Virus record (IMG/VR): IMGVR_UViG_3300026532_000002
Span: 1 to 40,441 of that record
Direction: 5' to 3' (one strand)
Source of the DNA: a virus
Length of the DNA: 40,441 bases
Position 1 is the first letter of the stretch. Every line of letters begins with the position of its first letter. Of this stretch, positions 24,219 through 33,788 are shown piece by piece. The notes under the pieces were generated by a model. The model did no database searches. It was given only the letters and a program-made list of their open reading frames with translations, and was not told where the DNA came from. Position numbers and translations under genes: made by a program.

Positions 24219-25882
24219 GTGAGTGACGCCTCGCTCATATTCAATATTCTTGGCCGTGACGGTGTCAGCAGTGTATTCGATAAGATTCAGCGCAAGGCCC
24301 TGGAGACTGCTGTTACCTTTGTTGGGGCTGACGCGGTATCGAAGCGGTCTGGTAGTGATACGTCCCGAATCATTCGTACGGCGTTCTCGGAAATGGGGGC
24401 GGGTATTTCTTCGGTCGCAAAAGCGGCCGGACAGGCGCTTGTCGGCAATTTTTCTCAGGCTGCGGAAACGATAGGTAGCACACTGAGCAAGAGTGGTCCT
24501 GCCGCTATTGGTGCGCTGGTCTTGGTAGGCGGCGCAGCAGCGGCGGCGGCAGGACCCATCGGTGTAGCCATCGGCGGCGCGCTTATTTCAGGCATGGGCG
24601 CGGGGATTGCGCTTGTGCCTATCCTGTTCGCGGCAAAAAACGATCAGGTGAAAAAATCTTGGTTGGACACGATAAATCACATGAAGACGGTTACTTCTCA
24701 ATTGTCGCAACCGTTCGTGCCAGTGCTTCAGCACATCTCGGGTTCTGTCCGCTCCGCGTTCGACCGGTTGTCGCCTATTTTTGGTCAAGCGTTTGCGCAG
24801 ATGGCCCCACACGTCCAAGGGTTCGCGGACAACCTGATCAGCGCGTTCACAAGACTTGGACCGTCAATTGGACCGATAACCAAGTCTTTTAGCGATATTC
24901 TAGACCGACTCGGGCCGATGCTGCCTGGCATCTTCCAGTCGCTCGCCGATGCTATCGGGCATTTAGCCGAGGTTATCGGTCAGCATTCAGGAGAGTTCGC
25001 GAAGATTGTCAAATTTATTTTAGACATCGTGCCCGCGGCCATTGAACTAATTGCCTGGATGGTTCGTGTAGGTGATGTTGTCGGACAAGTGGTGTCGGCT
25101 GTGTCCTCGTGGTTTTTCCATCTCGGTGAAAACATCGGTTTCGCGGTTGGCGGCATTCGTGGTTTTGTCGTACAAGCGTGGGCAGAAATCACCGCTTGGG
25201 TTACCAGTAAGGCCGGCGAGATTGTGAACACGGTTACCGGCGCTTGGGGCGCCGTCGTTGCTTGGACGTTCACCACCTGGAACACCGTTGTCAGCGCCGT
25301 CGTCGGCGCCGCTTCCCGCCTGTGGGGCGCGGTCACCTTGACATTGAACAGTGTCGTTGGTTTTGTTGCGTCAATCCCCGGGCGCATCCTCGGCGCTCTC
25401 GGCAACCTTGGCGGGCTATTGTACGGCGCGGGTAGAGACGTCATTCAGGGGCTCATTAACGGGTTTAACGCAAAGGTTGGTGAACTTCTCGGCCGTGCCG
25501 CGTCCATCGTCAACAGCATTAAAAACACCATTGCAGGCGCGCTGCATATCGGGTCGCCGTCGAAGATCACCACACAGTACGGTGTGTGGATCGGTGAAGG
25601 ATTAGCCCTTGGTATGGCCAAGTCTGCCGGCATGGTGTCCAGCGCGGCCGGCGCACTGTCCGATTCTGTAACCGCCGGTCTCGCCGTACCGGCTACCCAG
25701 GTGGGCACGGCGAGACCGGCACAGGCCAATTCAACGCTAATGCTGCCGCTTCCGGCGGCACGGTCACCCTTGAAATCAATTCCGGTGGGTCAAAGCTGGA
25801 CGACCTCTTGGTGGAGCTATTGCGCAAAGCCGTCCGCGTTCGCGGCGGTGACGTGCAGATCGTGTTGGGCGGTGCTGGATGA
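24219..25882 (+). CDS. Tape measure protein (short), with a -1 frame discontinuity near 25715-25745
   Basis: GTG 24219 after RBS gagtgagga. Gly/Ala-rich hydrophobic TMP-like sequence. The C-terminus GGTVTLEINSGGSKLDDLLVELLRKAVRVRGGDVQIVLGGAG lies in the -1 frame. That frame's TGA 25880-25882 overlaps ATG 25879 of the next gene. Confidence 0.7.
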
Positions 25883-28557
25883 CGGTGCAACGCGACATCG
25901 TCACGGAACTGTATGTTGGTGGCGGTTGGACGAACGTCACCAATGACGTGAAAACCGGCGACCCGATTCACATCGCCCGCGGCCGGCGGAACGAGAGCGG
26001 CGACGCGGACCCCTCCACGTGTGGACTGACCATTAACAACCGTTCCGGTAACTATTCACCGCGCAACCCGGTCGGGGCGTATTACGGCTCTATCGGCCGC
26101 AACACGCCCATCCGACTGGCTCTGCGCACAGCAAAGGACAGCTACGCCAGGACAGTCAGTAATGGTTGGGGCACCGCCGACGTTGGCGGCGCCTGGACCA
26201 CCAGCGGCGGTTCAGCGTCTGATTACAACGTGGGCAGCGGGGTTGGCAAGCTCAAGCTGACCACGACCAATGTGGCGCGCACGGCACTTCTCGGCCCGAC
26301 CGTGATGGACCGCGAAGTTCTGGTCAAAATTAATGTCCCGGCCGTAGCTACTGGTGCGAGCCTCATTGCGGGTGTTCTGCTTCGGTACGCCTCCGGTAGC
26401 GACCACTACCGGATGCAGCTGGAATTCCCGACCGCCGGCAACGTCAAGATCGCCGTGTACAACGTGACAACGCTGCTCGGCACTGTGGTCACGACTAGTC
26501 TTAACTATGCGGCGAACAGCCAGTTCTGGCTACGCGCACATGCGGAGGCTAACCAGCTGCGCGGCAGGGTGTGGGCGGACGGTACGCCCGAGCCAAATAC
26601 GTGGAACATTGACCAGTTCGACCTGCATTACCAAGTGGGTCCGGTCGGTCTTTTCGCGCTTGCCTTGACCGGAAATACGAACAGCAACCCCGAGTTCTCC
26701 TTTGCCTCATTCGAGGTTCGGTCGAATCGGTTTCACGGCGAGGTGTCATCGTGGCCTGCCCGCTGGAGTATCAACGGGACGGACGTTTATGTGCCGGTCG
26801 AGGCTGCTGGTCTGTTGCGGAGACTCGGCCAAGGCGCTAGCCCGTTGCATTCCGCGCTGCGGCGCAGCGTCCCTAATTTGGGCGCTCAGCTGGTCGCCTA
26901 CTGGCCGTGCGAGGATGGCAAGAAAGCCACCGAGGTGGCCTCCGGCCTCGGCGGACCGTCCGGGTTGTTCTACTTTTCCGGTCCGGCTGACTTCGCGTCG
27001 TTCAGCGATTTCGACTGCTCGGACCCACTGCCGATAATGCACAACACCCGGTGGGACGGTAACGTCCCGTTTTATGTCTCGACCGGGCAAATACAGGTCA
27101 GGTTTCTGCTGCACATCCCAGACAACGGCACCGGGGACGCGACGGTACTCGCGCACGTCTGGACGAATGGCACCGCTGCGCTGTGGGAGATTTCCTACTT
27201 CTCCGGCGGCGGACTCGCCATCAAGGTGTACGACGGTTCCAGTTCCACAGCTATCTACACGTCAGGCATCGGTACATTCAACGCGAACGGGAAATTGCTT
27301 CGCGTTTCTCTGGAGATGACCGAAAGCGGGGGCAATGTCAACTGGACGTTGGCCACTCTGGAGGTTGGTCAAACAATTGGCGGAACGATCAGTGGCACGG
27401 TAACTGGCCGTACGGTGAGTAGTGCGCGTCAGGTAATCATCTGTCCACACCTGAATCAAGACCAGGTCGCTATCGGCCATGTCACCGTTGAATCGGCGGT
27501 GACAAGCCTGTTTGACTTGTTTTTGCAGCTCAACGCCTATTCTGGCGAGACTGCGATTATCAGGATGCAGCGGTTGTGCGTGGAGGAAGGTGTCCCGCTT
27601 GGCCTGCACGAGTTGGACAGTACGATCACTAGTCCGGCGATGGGTGCTCAAAAGCCTGATACTTTGGTCAATTTGCTTCGTGAATGCGAAGCGGTCGACA
27701 TGTGCACACTTTACGAATCACGTAATACGTTGTCTTTGATGTACCGGCGACGGTCCAGTTTGTACAATCAGCCTGCTCGGGTCGCGTTGACGTATGGACA
27801 GTTGTCTCCGCCGTTCGAGCCAACCGACGACGACCAGCAAACCCGCAATGACGTGACGGTCAAGCGAGTTGACGGCGTCGACGCGAACGCGGTGCTGGCG
27901 TCTGGTCCCCTCTCTGTTCAGTTGCCCCCGAACGGGGTAGGTAAGTACGACACGTCAGTCACGCTCAACGTGGCATCGGACAGTCAAGTGCCGGACTCCG
28001 CCGCTTGGTTGCTGCATCTCGGTACTGTAAACGAACCGCGGTACCCGACGGCGACGGTGAACCTGCTGGCCACGACTGTCACCGCGGATCCAGCGGCCGC
28101 GCCGGGGATACTGGACCTGAGCGTTGATGATCGACTAACGGTGTCGGGTTTGCCGGTGTGGCTGCCCCCCGGGACGGTGTCCCTATTGGCACGTGGCCAC
28201 GCAGAAACCCTCGGACAGTTCGAGCACACCATCACGCCGAACTGTGCGCCGGAGTCCCCGTATCAGGTCGTCAAGCTGGACACATCTCTGTTGGACGCGG
28301 ACATCTCAACGCTGGCCAGTGGAGTGACGAGCAGCGGTACAAGCCTGTCCGTGGCCACGCCGAGCGGGACGCTGTGGCAAACCGGCAGCGTGTCTATCCC
28401 TATCACGATTGGTGGCGAGGACGTGACGGTCACCAACATCAGTGGCAGTAGCAGTCCCCAGACGTTCACCGTGACCCGCTCCGTGAACGGGATCGTGAAG
28501 GCACATTCGTCCGGCGAGTCAGTGGCCCTTACTCACCCGGCTGTGCTGGCCCTGTAG
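25879..28557 (+). CDS. Minor tail protein (distal tail / tip, 892 aa)
   Basis: The N-terminus ELYVGGGWTNVTNDV...CGLTINNRSGNYSPRNP is typical of siphovirus distal tail proteins. Follows the tape measure. Confidence 0.7.
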   Translation: MTVQRDIVTELYVGGGWTNVTNDVKTGDPIHIARGRRNESGDADPSTCGLTINNRSGNYSPRNPVGAYYGSIGRNTPIRLALRTAKDSYARTVSNGWGTADVGGAWTTSGGSASDYNVGSGVGKLKLTTTNVARTALLGPTVMDREVLVKINVPAVATGASLIAGVLLRYASGSDHYRMQLEFPTAGNVKIAVYNVTTLLGTVVTTSLNYAANSQFWLRAHAEANQLRGRVWADGTPEPNTWNIDQFDLHYQVGPVGLFALALTGNTNSNPEFSFASFEVRSNRFHGEVSSWPARWSINGTDVYVPVEAAGLLRRLGQGASPLHSALRRSVPNLGAQLVAYWPCEDGKKATEVASGLGGPSGLFYFSGPADFASFSDFDCSDPLPIMHNTRWDGNVPFYVSTGQIQVRFLLHIPDNGTGDATVLAHVWTNGTAALWEISYFSGGGLAIKVYDGSSSTAIYTSGIGTFNANGKLLRVSLEMTESGGNVNWTLATLEVGQTIGGTISGTVTGRTVSSARQVIICPHLNQDQVAIGHVTVESAVTSLFDLFLQLNAYSGETAIIRMQRLCVEEGVPLGLHELDSTITSPAMGAQKPDTLVNLLRECEAVDMCTLYESRNTLSLMYRRRSSLYNQPARVALTYGQLSPPFEPTDDDQQTRNDVTVKRVDGVDANAVLASGPLSVQLPPNGVGKYDTSVTLNVASDSQVPDSAAWLLHLGTVNEPRYPTATVNLLATTVTADPAAAPGILDLSVDDRLTVSGLPVWLPPGTVSLLARGHAETLGQFEHTITPNCAPESPYQVVKLDTSLLDADISTLASGVTSSGTSLSVATPSGTLWQTGSVSIPITIGGEDVTVTNISGSSSPQTFTVTRSVNGIVKAHSSGESVALTHPAVLAL

Positions 28558-28567
28558 GAGGAGAAAC

Positions 28568-29074
28568 ATGCCATATCCATGGGCTGCCGGCAACCAACTC
28601 ACCGCCACGGATCTCAACGCAGCGATTGACCGGGTGCGCTGTAAAAGGCAAACCGCGTCGCAAACGGTGAACAACTCCATCACGCTGGTGAACAGCAATG
28701 ACCTGATTTTCGCGGTCAAGGCGAACACGAAGTACATGATGGACTCGTTGATTATTTACGATTCCAACATCACCGCCGATTTCAAAATCAAGTTCTCGGT
28801 TCCCAGTGGCACGTCAGTGCGCGTTTCTCCGTGGTGCAACAACACGGGGACGGACACCATCACTGGCGCCCTTTCGCACGACGCCATTGACGCCGACAAC
28901 TTTGCCGCTGGTGGCGTCGGAGCGGGCACGATGATAACCATGAGGCCGTCGGCACGCATCACCGTCGGGTCAACCGCTGGCAACATGGTGGTGCAGTTCG
29001 CGCAGAACACGGCGAACGTCAGCGACACGAAGCTCGTTGAGGGCTCGTGGATCGTGCTCTTTGAGGTGGCCTAG
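28568..29074 (+). CDS. Minor tail / candidate receptor-binding protein
   Basis: RBS aggagg before ATG 28568. Contains WAAGNQLTATDLNAAID. Lower G+C than its neighbours. Last gene of the tail module. Confidence 0.55.
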   Translation: MPYPWAAGNQLTATDLNAAIDRVRCKRQTASQTVNNSITLVNSNDLIFAVKANTKYMMDSLIIYDSNITADFKIKFSVPSGTSVRVSPWCNNTGTDTITGALSHDAIDADNFAAGGVGAGTMITMRPSARITVGSTAGNMVVQFAQNTANVSDTKLVEGSWIVLFEVA

Positions 29075-29247
29075 TCCGCTGCCCTCGCCGAACCGCCCTA
29101 ACGTACGAAACGGTTCCGCTGCAGGTCCAACCCGTATCACCAACCCAGACGGCTCTCAATCGGATGGCGTGGCTTGCGCACGCACCGGCTCCCGACCACC
29201 ACCGCAACCCCAATCCCGCAGCGCGCTGCCAACCCCGTGAGGTGACC

Positions 29248-30234
29248 ATGCCAGGTCTGGATTACTCCGCCGGACGACCCACCGGGGCTCAGATCCGCGG
29301 TGCCGGATACGAGTTCGTTGTGCGCTACTGCGGCACGCCAGGCCGCACCAAGAACATCACCGCCACGGAGTACCGGGACCTCGTCAGCGCGGGTGTCGCC
29401 GTGGCGCTGGTCTACGAGAACACCGCCGGTGACGCCCGCGGCGGGTACGACGCCGGGGTGACGGGAGCACGCCTCGCCCGAGCGGACGCGGACGCCATCG
29501 GCTTCCCTCGCAACAGGCCGATCTATATGGCCATCGACGACGTCAACGCCAGCGACTACCTACCCGCCTGCATGGCCTACCTGGACGGCGCCGCATCCGT
29601 GTTGGGCCGGGACTGTACCGGCGTGTACGGCTTCCGGGCGGTGGTCGCTGAAGCCCTGCGGCAGGGCAAAGCCCGGTGGGCTTGGCAATGCGGTTCGTGG
29701 TCCGCGCTGGTGGCCGGCGTGCACCTGTATCAGCGCAACAACGACACCACCACCGTCGGGGGTATCGCTTGCGATATCAACGACGCCATAGCACCTGATT
29801 TTGGTCAATATCCCCAGGAGGATGACTTGCTACAGGATGAGAGAAACGCGCTATTTGACGTCCGGGAGCAACTGTGCGGTAGCCGCGTACCTGGTCAGTA
29901 CCCCGGGTGGCCCGTGCTGGACGGCAGCAACCGGAGCTTGACCGTGGTGGACACGGTTCGGGAGACCCACCGGGAGCTCAACCAGCAGCTACCCAACCGG
30001 GTCAACGGTCTGACCAAGGAAACCATCGCCGGCAACGCGGCCAACGCGGACGCCTACGGCTTCCGGATGCAACAGATGCTAGCCGGATTGCAGGCCGCCG
30101 TTGCCACACTTGCGGCCGCGGTAGCGGGGGATGCGTTGACCGCTGAGCAACTCACGGCCGCTGTTGCCGCCGCCATCAGAGACAACGTCGTCACCGTGGA
30201 TGTGTCTGTGCATGGCCAGCCGACCGTGCCCTAG
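29248..30234 (+). CDS. Endolysin (glycoside-hydrolase-like, Rv2525c/DUF1906-type N-domain)
   Basis: Starts MPGLDYSAGRP, with IRGAGYEFVVRY and PIYMAIDD segments. Position immediately before the holin. Confidence 0.6.
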   Translation: MPGLDYSAGRPTGAQIRGAGYEFVVRYCGTPGRTKNITATEYRDLVSAGVAVALVYENTAGDARGGYDAGVTGARLARADADAIGFPRNRPIYMAIDDVNASDYLPACMAYLDGAASVLGRDCTGVYGFRAVVAEALRQGKARWAWQCGSWSALVAGVHLYQRNNDTTTVGGIACDINDAIAPDFGQYPQEDDLLQDERNALFDVREQLCGSRVPGQYPGWPVLDGSNRSLTVVDTVRETHRELNQQLPNRVNGLTKETIAGNAANADAYGFRMQQMLAGLQAAVATLAAAVAGDALTAEQLTAAVAAAIRDNVVTVDVSVHGQPTVP

Positions 30235-30251
30235 CAAGGAGGTACCACCTG

Positions 30252-30503
30252 ATGTTCACCGCTGTCTACTGGAAGGACTTGGCCGAGCGGGTGGTGTCCA
30301 GCGCCGCCGGTGGCGCTCTCACCGCCCTCGGTGCGGACGCGGTCAACGCCTTACACCTGGATTGGCCGGCCGTGCTGGGCATTGCCGCAGGCACCGGTTT
30401 GGTGTCCCTGCTCAAGGGCCTAGCGGCCGCGGTGTTGCCGGTCGGACAGCCCGGGTCGCCTTCCCTCGTCACCACGGTCCCGCGCCCGCCGGCCGGGAGC
30501 TGA
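30252..30503 (+). CDS. Holin
   Basis: RBS aaggagg. 83 aa with two hydrophobic segments (AAGGALTALGA, VLGIAAGTGLVSLL). Lies after the lysin. Confidence 0.65.
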   Translation: MFTAVYWKDLAERVVSSAAGGALTALGADAVNALHLDWPAVLGIAAGTGLVSLLKGLAAAVLPVGQPGSPSLVTTVPRPPAGS

Positions 30504-30684
30504 CTTCGGGTCGTTGTACGACCCCGACGTGGTCCGCCGCGTCGCCGTCGAGGACTGGGAGTCCGCATCTGCTGCAATTGGCGGCGCTTGTAGCACCCGG
30601 GAAATTTCGGGCGGATATCGCCGACTGGAAAAGTCTCGGTGTTCACGCCGGGGATAATCGATCTGTTAATCTTGGCTAGTCGCC

Positions 30685-30766
30685 ACACGCCCGGCGGTAC
30701 AGAAACGCTTCCGCACTTTCCGGTTATCTGGAAGGTGCGGAAGCGTTTCTGTACCGCCGGGCGTGT
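30685..30766. terminator. 32-bp perfect inverted repeat (extendable to about 37 bp with one G-U pair) between convergent operons; bidirectional terminator candidate
   Basis: 30685-30716 is the exact reverse complement of 30735-30766. Followed on + by tgggtttcttct. The stop of the minus-strand gene (30724-30726) sits in the loop. Confidence 0.6.
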
Positions 30767-31563
30767 TGGGTTTCTTCTCCGGTGTGGGCGAGTAGGTGAG
30801 CGAGTGCGGCGCCCATGCCGAGCACGGCCACCGGCACGCACGCCACCACGGTGGTGATCTGCCACGGCGCGGCGTGCATGCCGGCCGCGACCATGAGGTG
30901 GTAGGCGACCTGCCCGAGCGCGCCCAAGCCCAGCGAACCCAGGGCGGAGACCCGGGCGTAGACCCGGGTCCGGGTGGACTCGACCCGGCCCGAGAGCCAC
31001 ACCCACAGGGCGTACGCGGCGTAGGTCTCCATACCGATCGGCAGCGTGATAGCCGTGTTGATCACGACGTTTCCCGCGATCCCGGGGAGCGGGTGGACCG
31101 GGCCGAACCCGGCAAGCTCACCGAGTCCGACCCACCCGGACCAGATGGCCACGAAGGCAGGTAACGCCAGCAACATCAGCGGCCAGCGGGGCACGTGACG
31201 GTGGGGGTTCGGACCCGGACTCGGACCCGGACTCAGACCCGGGTTATGGGATCCCGTAACCGGTGTGACCTGCGGTCCCGCCTTGGCCGGCACGGTCGGT
31301 TCCGGGGCGTGCAGGCCCACCTCTGAGCTCGGGTCTGAGTCCGGGTCCGGGGTGGGCTTGGGGGTGGGTCCGGAGATCAACGCCAGCGCGTCAGACGCCT
31401 TGTCCGCGCCGACCCGAAAGCGCTTCATGATCTTGTTCCGGGACGGCAGCGAACCCTCTTCTTCAGCCCAGGTCCGGACCCGGTCCGCCAGATCCGAGAC
31501 CGGGATCGGATGCGCGGACCCGGGTTCGAACCCGGGCTTGACGCCGTTGCTCGCCGGGTTCAC
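30724..31563 (-). CDS. Polytopic membrane protein with a soluble N-terminal domain and Pro-rich linker (DUF2637-like?)
   Basis: GTG 31563 overlaps the upstream stop (GTGA). Pro-rich linker (PTPKPTPDPDSDP, PGLSPGPSPGPNP), then 4-5 hydrophobic helices. Confidence 0.6.
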   Translation of the reverse strand: MNPASNGVKPGFEPGSAHPIPVSDLADRVRTWAEEEGSLPSRNKIMKRFRVGADKASDALALISGPTPKPTPDPDSDPSSEVGLHAPEPTVPAKAGPQVTPVTGSHNPGLSPGPSPGPNPHRHVPRWPLMLLALPAFVAIWSGWVGLGELAGFGPVHPLPGIAGNVVINTAITLPIGMETYAAYALWVWLSGRVESTRTRVYARVSALGSLGLGALGQVAYHLMVAAGMHAAPWQITTVVACVPVAVLGMGAALAHLLAHTGEETQHARRYRNASAPSR

Positions 31564-31823
31564 GGCCGGACCTCCGGCGACTCTGCGACACGGCTCGGAC
31601 GGATGGATAGGAATTTGCTTTGTAGCACGGTGCCGATCTCCATCACGTCGATCACACGCGCCGAACGCGGCACTCCGGAGTGCGTGTGCACGGTGATGGT
31701 GTCCCCGAGCGCTTTCTGTACCGCCGCCTCGGCAACACGGTACGCGTCTTGCTCGTCGACACCTTCCGCATGCACAAACACGGTCACAACGACCGGGTAG
31801 CGGTGGGATTCATGGCTCATCAC
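31560..31823 (-). CDS. Hypothetical small protein (87 aa)
   Basis: GTGA coupling to the downstream membrane-protein gene. Alpha/beta-like alternation in YPVVVTVFVHAEGVDEQDAYRVAEAAVQKAL. Confidence 0.5.
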   Translation of the reverse strand: MMSHESHRYPVVVTVFVHAEGVDEQDAYRVAEAAVQKALGDTITVHTHSGVPRSARVIDVMEIGTVLQSKFLSIRPSRVAESPEVRP

Positions 31824-31875
31824 GTTTCAGCTTCCGGTTCGATTTCCGGCGTAGGCGCGGGGGCGTTTCGTCATG

Positions 31876-32781
31876 TCAGTGGTGCTTGGCGACTACCGGC
31901 GCCGCAGCATCGATTATGGGCTGGACGTGTTCCCGGAGCACGCCCGCGAGATCCGTGTACTCCGGCTCATCCTCGGCACGGCCGATCACCGACGCCGCCA
32001 TGTGCACCTGCGCGACGTGACCTGCCCGGGTTTCCAGGATGTCGGCGAACACCTCGTGCACCTTGCTCGCCATCTCAGGGACCAAGAGACTGAAGCAATA
32101 CAGGCTCGCCGCGTCCATCCCGGCCGTCCCATGGCCCCAGAACTCCCAGTCCAGCAGCCCGAAGTTCGGGCTGATCAGGTTGGACCAGTGCAGGTCACCG
32201 TGAGCCGTCTCAAACTGGTCGACCCGCAGCGCGTCGGCGAACTGCTCGCCGTACACGCGGCGGACGTGCCAACCCTCCTTACCGCGCTGGTCGAACCGGG
32301 TCGTGGGCACCGTGCGCACCACGTCAAGGCTGCGGCGCAGCTCGGACCACCATGCGTCCGGAAGATCGAGCGGGGCACGGAGCACGTCGGTGGCCGAGCA
32401 TGGGCGACCAGACAGCAGAGTCATCACATCCGCGTGGACACGGACTTCCAGGTCAGGTTCGTTCCATTCGGTTGTTCTCAGCACGTACGGCTTGTTCACG
32501 CCCACGATGGCGTTGGCGTCGACGTTGCCGGTCCAGTAATCGTCCGGCAACCACCGATGCTGCTCGACTACCACGCGCAACCAACACGGTCCTTCAGGCC
32601 CCACCGTGGCGGCGCTGATGGAACGTAGGCGGTACCCGAACGTCGCCTGGCCAGTGAGTGTGAGTCCGAAGTGCGCAGCGGCCTGCATGAGGTTGCCGCG
32701 CATCCACCGACGAAACCGTTGCTGATCCTCATCGGTGGCGGTGCCTGCCACGATGTCCCCCAAAGCTGCCTTGAGTTCCAT
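31876..32781 (-). CDS. APH-fold (aminoglycoside-phosphotransferase-like) kinase
   Basis: Catalytic-loop signature HGDLHWSNL, then LLDWEFWGHG and MDAASLY. RBS gagg 5 nt before ATG 32781, 7 nt after the radical-SAM stop. Confidence 0.7.
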   Translation of the reverse strand: MELKAALGDIVAGTATDEDQQRFRRWMRGNLMQAAAHFGLTLTGQATFGYRLRSISAATVGPEGPCWLRVVVEQHRWLPDDYWTGNVDANAIVGVNKPYVLRTTEWNEPDLEVRVHADVMTLLSGRPCSATDVLRAPLDLPDAWWSELRRSLDVVRTVPTTRFDQRGKEGWHVRRVYGEQFADALRVDQFETAHGDLHWSNLISPNFGLLDWEFWGHGTAGMDAASLYCFSLLVPEMASKVHEVFADILETRAGHVAQVHMAASVIGRAEDEPEYTDLAGVLREHVQPIIDAAAPVVAKHH

Positions 32782-32788
32782 AGCGGCC

Positions 32789-33703
32789 TCACCTGTGGGG
32801 AGTGCAGTTGTACGGCCAGCATTCCCCGCCCTTAGGGATGCACGGATCGGCTACCTCGACGGGCCGCGCTCTGGTCAACCAGCGTGGCCAGCACCCGCCT
32901 TCAGGGATGCACGGATCGGATTCCCGGACGACCATGCCCTGTTTGACCAGTGTGGTGCGGGCGGCCGGCAGACTCGACATGATCTCCCGCAGTGGCTGGT
33001 TGCGTACGTCGCCGATCGGCATCCACTGGCTGAACACGCACGGCCACACCGCGCCATCCGGGGAGACCGCAGCGGCCCCGTCTGCGCACCGACCGCACAA
33101 CTGGGTGGCACCGGGCTGGGCGTCCCGGACTCCTCGGCCGATTTGCCGCAGACGGTCATAACCAACCTTCTCCACGCCGAGCGCCGTCAGTTCGTCGGTG
33201 GCCTGCTGGGCACGTTGCCCGTCGCCAAGATCAACCACCCCGGCCCGCAGCGGGATACCACGGCGCACCGCTTCGACAATGTTGGCCTTCGTGCGGGGAT
33301 AGCTGGGTCGACCGGTGATAGCGGCATGCTGCCCTGGGTCGTCGCTGTAATAGCTAGTGGCCAGCGACACGCCGGGTTGTGCGAATGTGTCCCACAGTTG
33401 TGGGGTGACGTGCACGAGGTTGGTAAACACTTCCACGCCCAGCGCGCGGAACAGGGCGTGGTTGATCAGTTCGGGCAGATCTGGGTGTAGGGTGGGTTCG
33501 CCGCCGATGAATTGCACGGTCTGCACGCCCAGGTCGGAGGCTTCATCAATGACCCGTTTCCAGTCGTCGGTAGTCATTGACCCGTGGCCGCCGGCCGGTG
33601 AGCTGTCCGCATAGCAATGTACGCAATTTAGAGTGCATTTGCCAGTGAGTTCCAGCCACAGAAATGTCAACGGGGTTGTTGTCATCAGGTCGGATTCTGA
33701 CAT
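32789..33703 (-). CDS. Radical SAM enzyme with a SPASM/twitch-type C-terminal domain
   Basis: LELTGKCTLNCVHCY (CX3CX2C), then CADGAAAVSPDGAVWPC (CX10GX4C), and a Cys-rich tail DPCIPEGGCWP...DPCIPKGGECWPYNC. RBS ggaaggga before ATG 33703. The ORF-track start at 33811 is probably too long. Confidence 0.8.
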   Translation of the reverse strand: MSESDLMTTTPLTFLWLELTGKCTLNCVHCYADSSPAGGHGSMTTDDWKRVIDEASDLGVQTVQFIGGEPTLHPDLPELINHALFRALGVEVFTNLVHVTPQLWDTFAQPGVSLATSYYSDDPGQHAAITGRPSYPRTKANIVEAVRRGIPLRAGVVDLGDGQRAQQATDELTALGVEKVGYDRLRQIGRGVRDAQPGATQLCGRCADGAAAVSPDGAVWPCVFSQWMPIGDVRNQPLREIMSSLPAARTTLVKQGMVVRESDPCIPEGGCWPRWLTRARPVEVADPCIPKGGECWPYNCTPHR

Positions 33704-33728
33704 GGGATATTCCCTTCCTGATCTTCCA

Positions 33729-33749
33729 GCCTGGTCCCGGTGACCAGGC
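33729..33749 (-). terminator. 8-bp stem-loop between the small ORFs and the radical-SAM gene (attenuator candidate)
   Basis: gcctggtc / ccggt / gaccaggc, in the 85-nt gap. Confidence 0.25.
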
Positions 33750-33788
33750 GGTCTGGATATACGGTAAAGATCAGTAGGCCAGGTCGTC

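Noticed and set aside
25883-25946. The 3' extension of ORF-track entry 24219..25946 overlapping the distal tail gene.
   Set aside because: The translation is Trp/Cys-rich nonsense. The -1 frame carries the tape-measure-like C-terminus and the ATGA coupling to the next gene.
30514-30657. Possible small ORF after the holin: TTG 30514 or GTG 30529, encoding ...VVRRVAVEDWESASAAIGG....
   Set aside because: Third-position G+C bias is good only for the first ~12 codons and then decays. There is no clear RBS. It may be a gene remnant, so it is not reported as a feature.
31519-31536. 18-bp perfect palindrome cccgggttcgaacccggg, resembling a tRNA T-arm or a possible att core.
   Set aside because: It lies inside the coding region of the membrane-protein gene (it encodes KPGFEPG). 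It has no surrounding tRNA structure and is not adjacent to the integrase.
32789-33703. The radical-SAM protein considered as a prokaryotic viperin or as QueE (DNA-modification pathway).
   Set aside because: The N-terminal motif ELTGKCTLNCVHCY and the CX10GX4C element match SPASM/twitch maturases, not the viperin CNxxCxYCF context. No QueC/QueD/FolE or transglycosylase genes are present.
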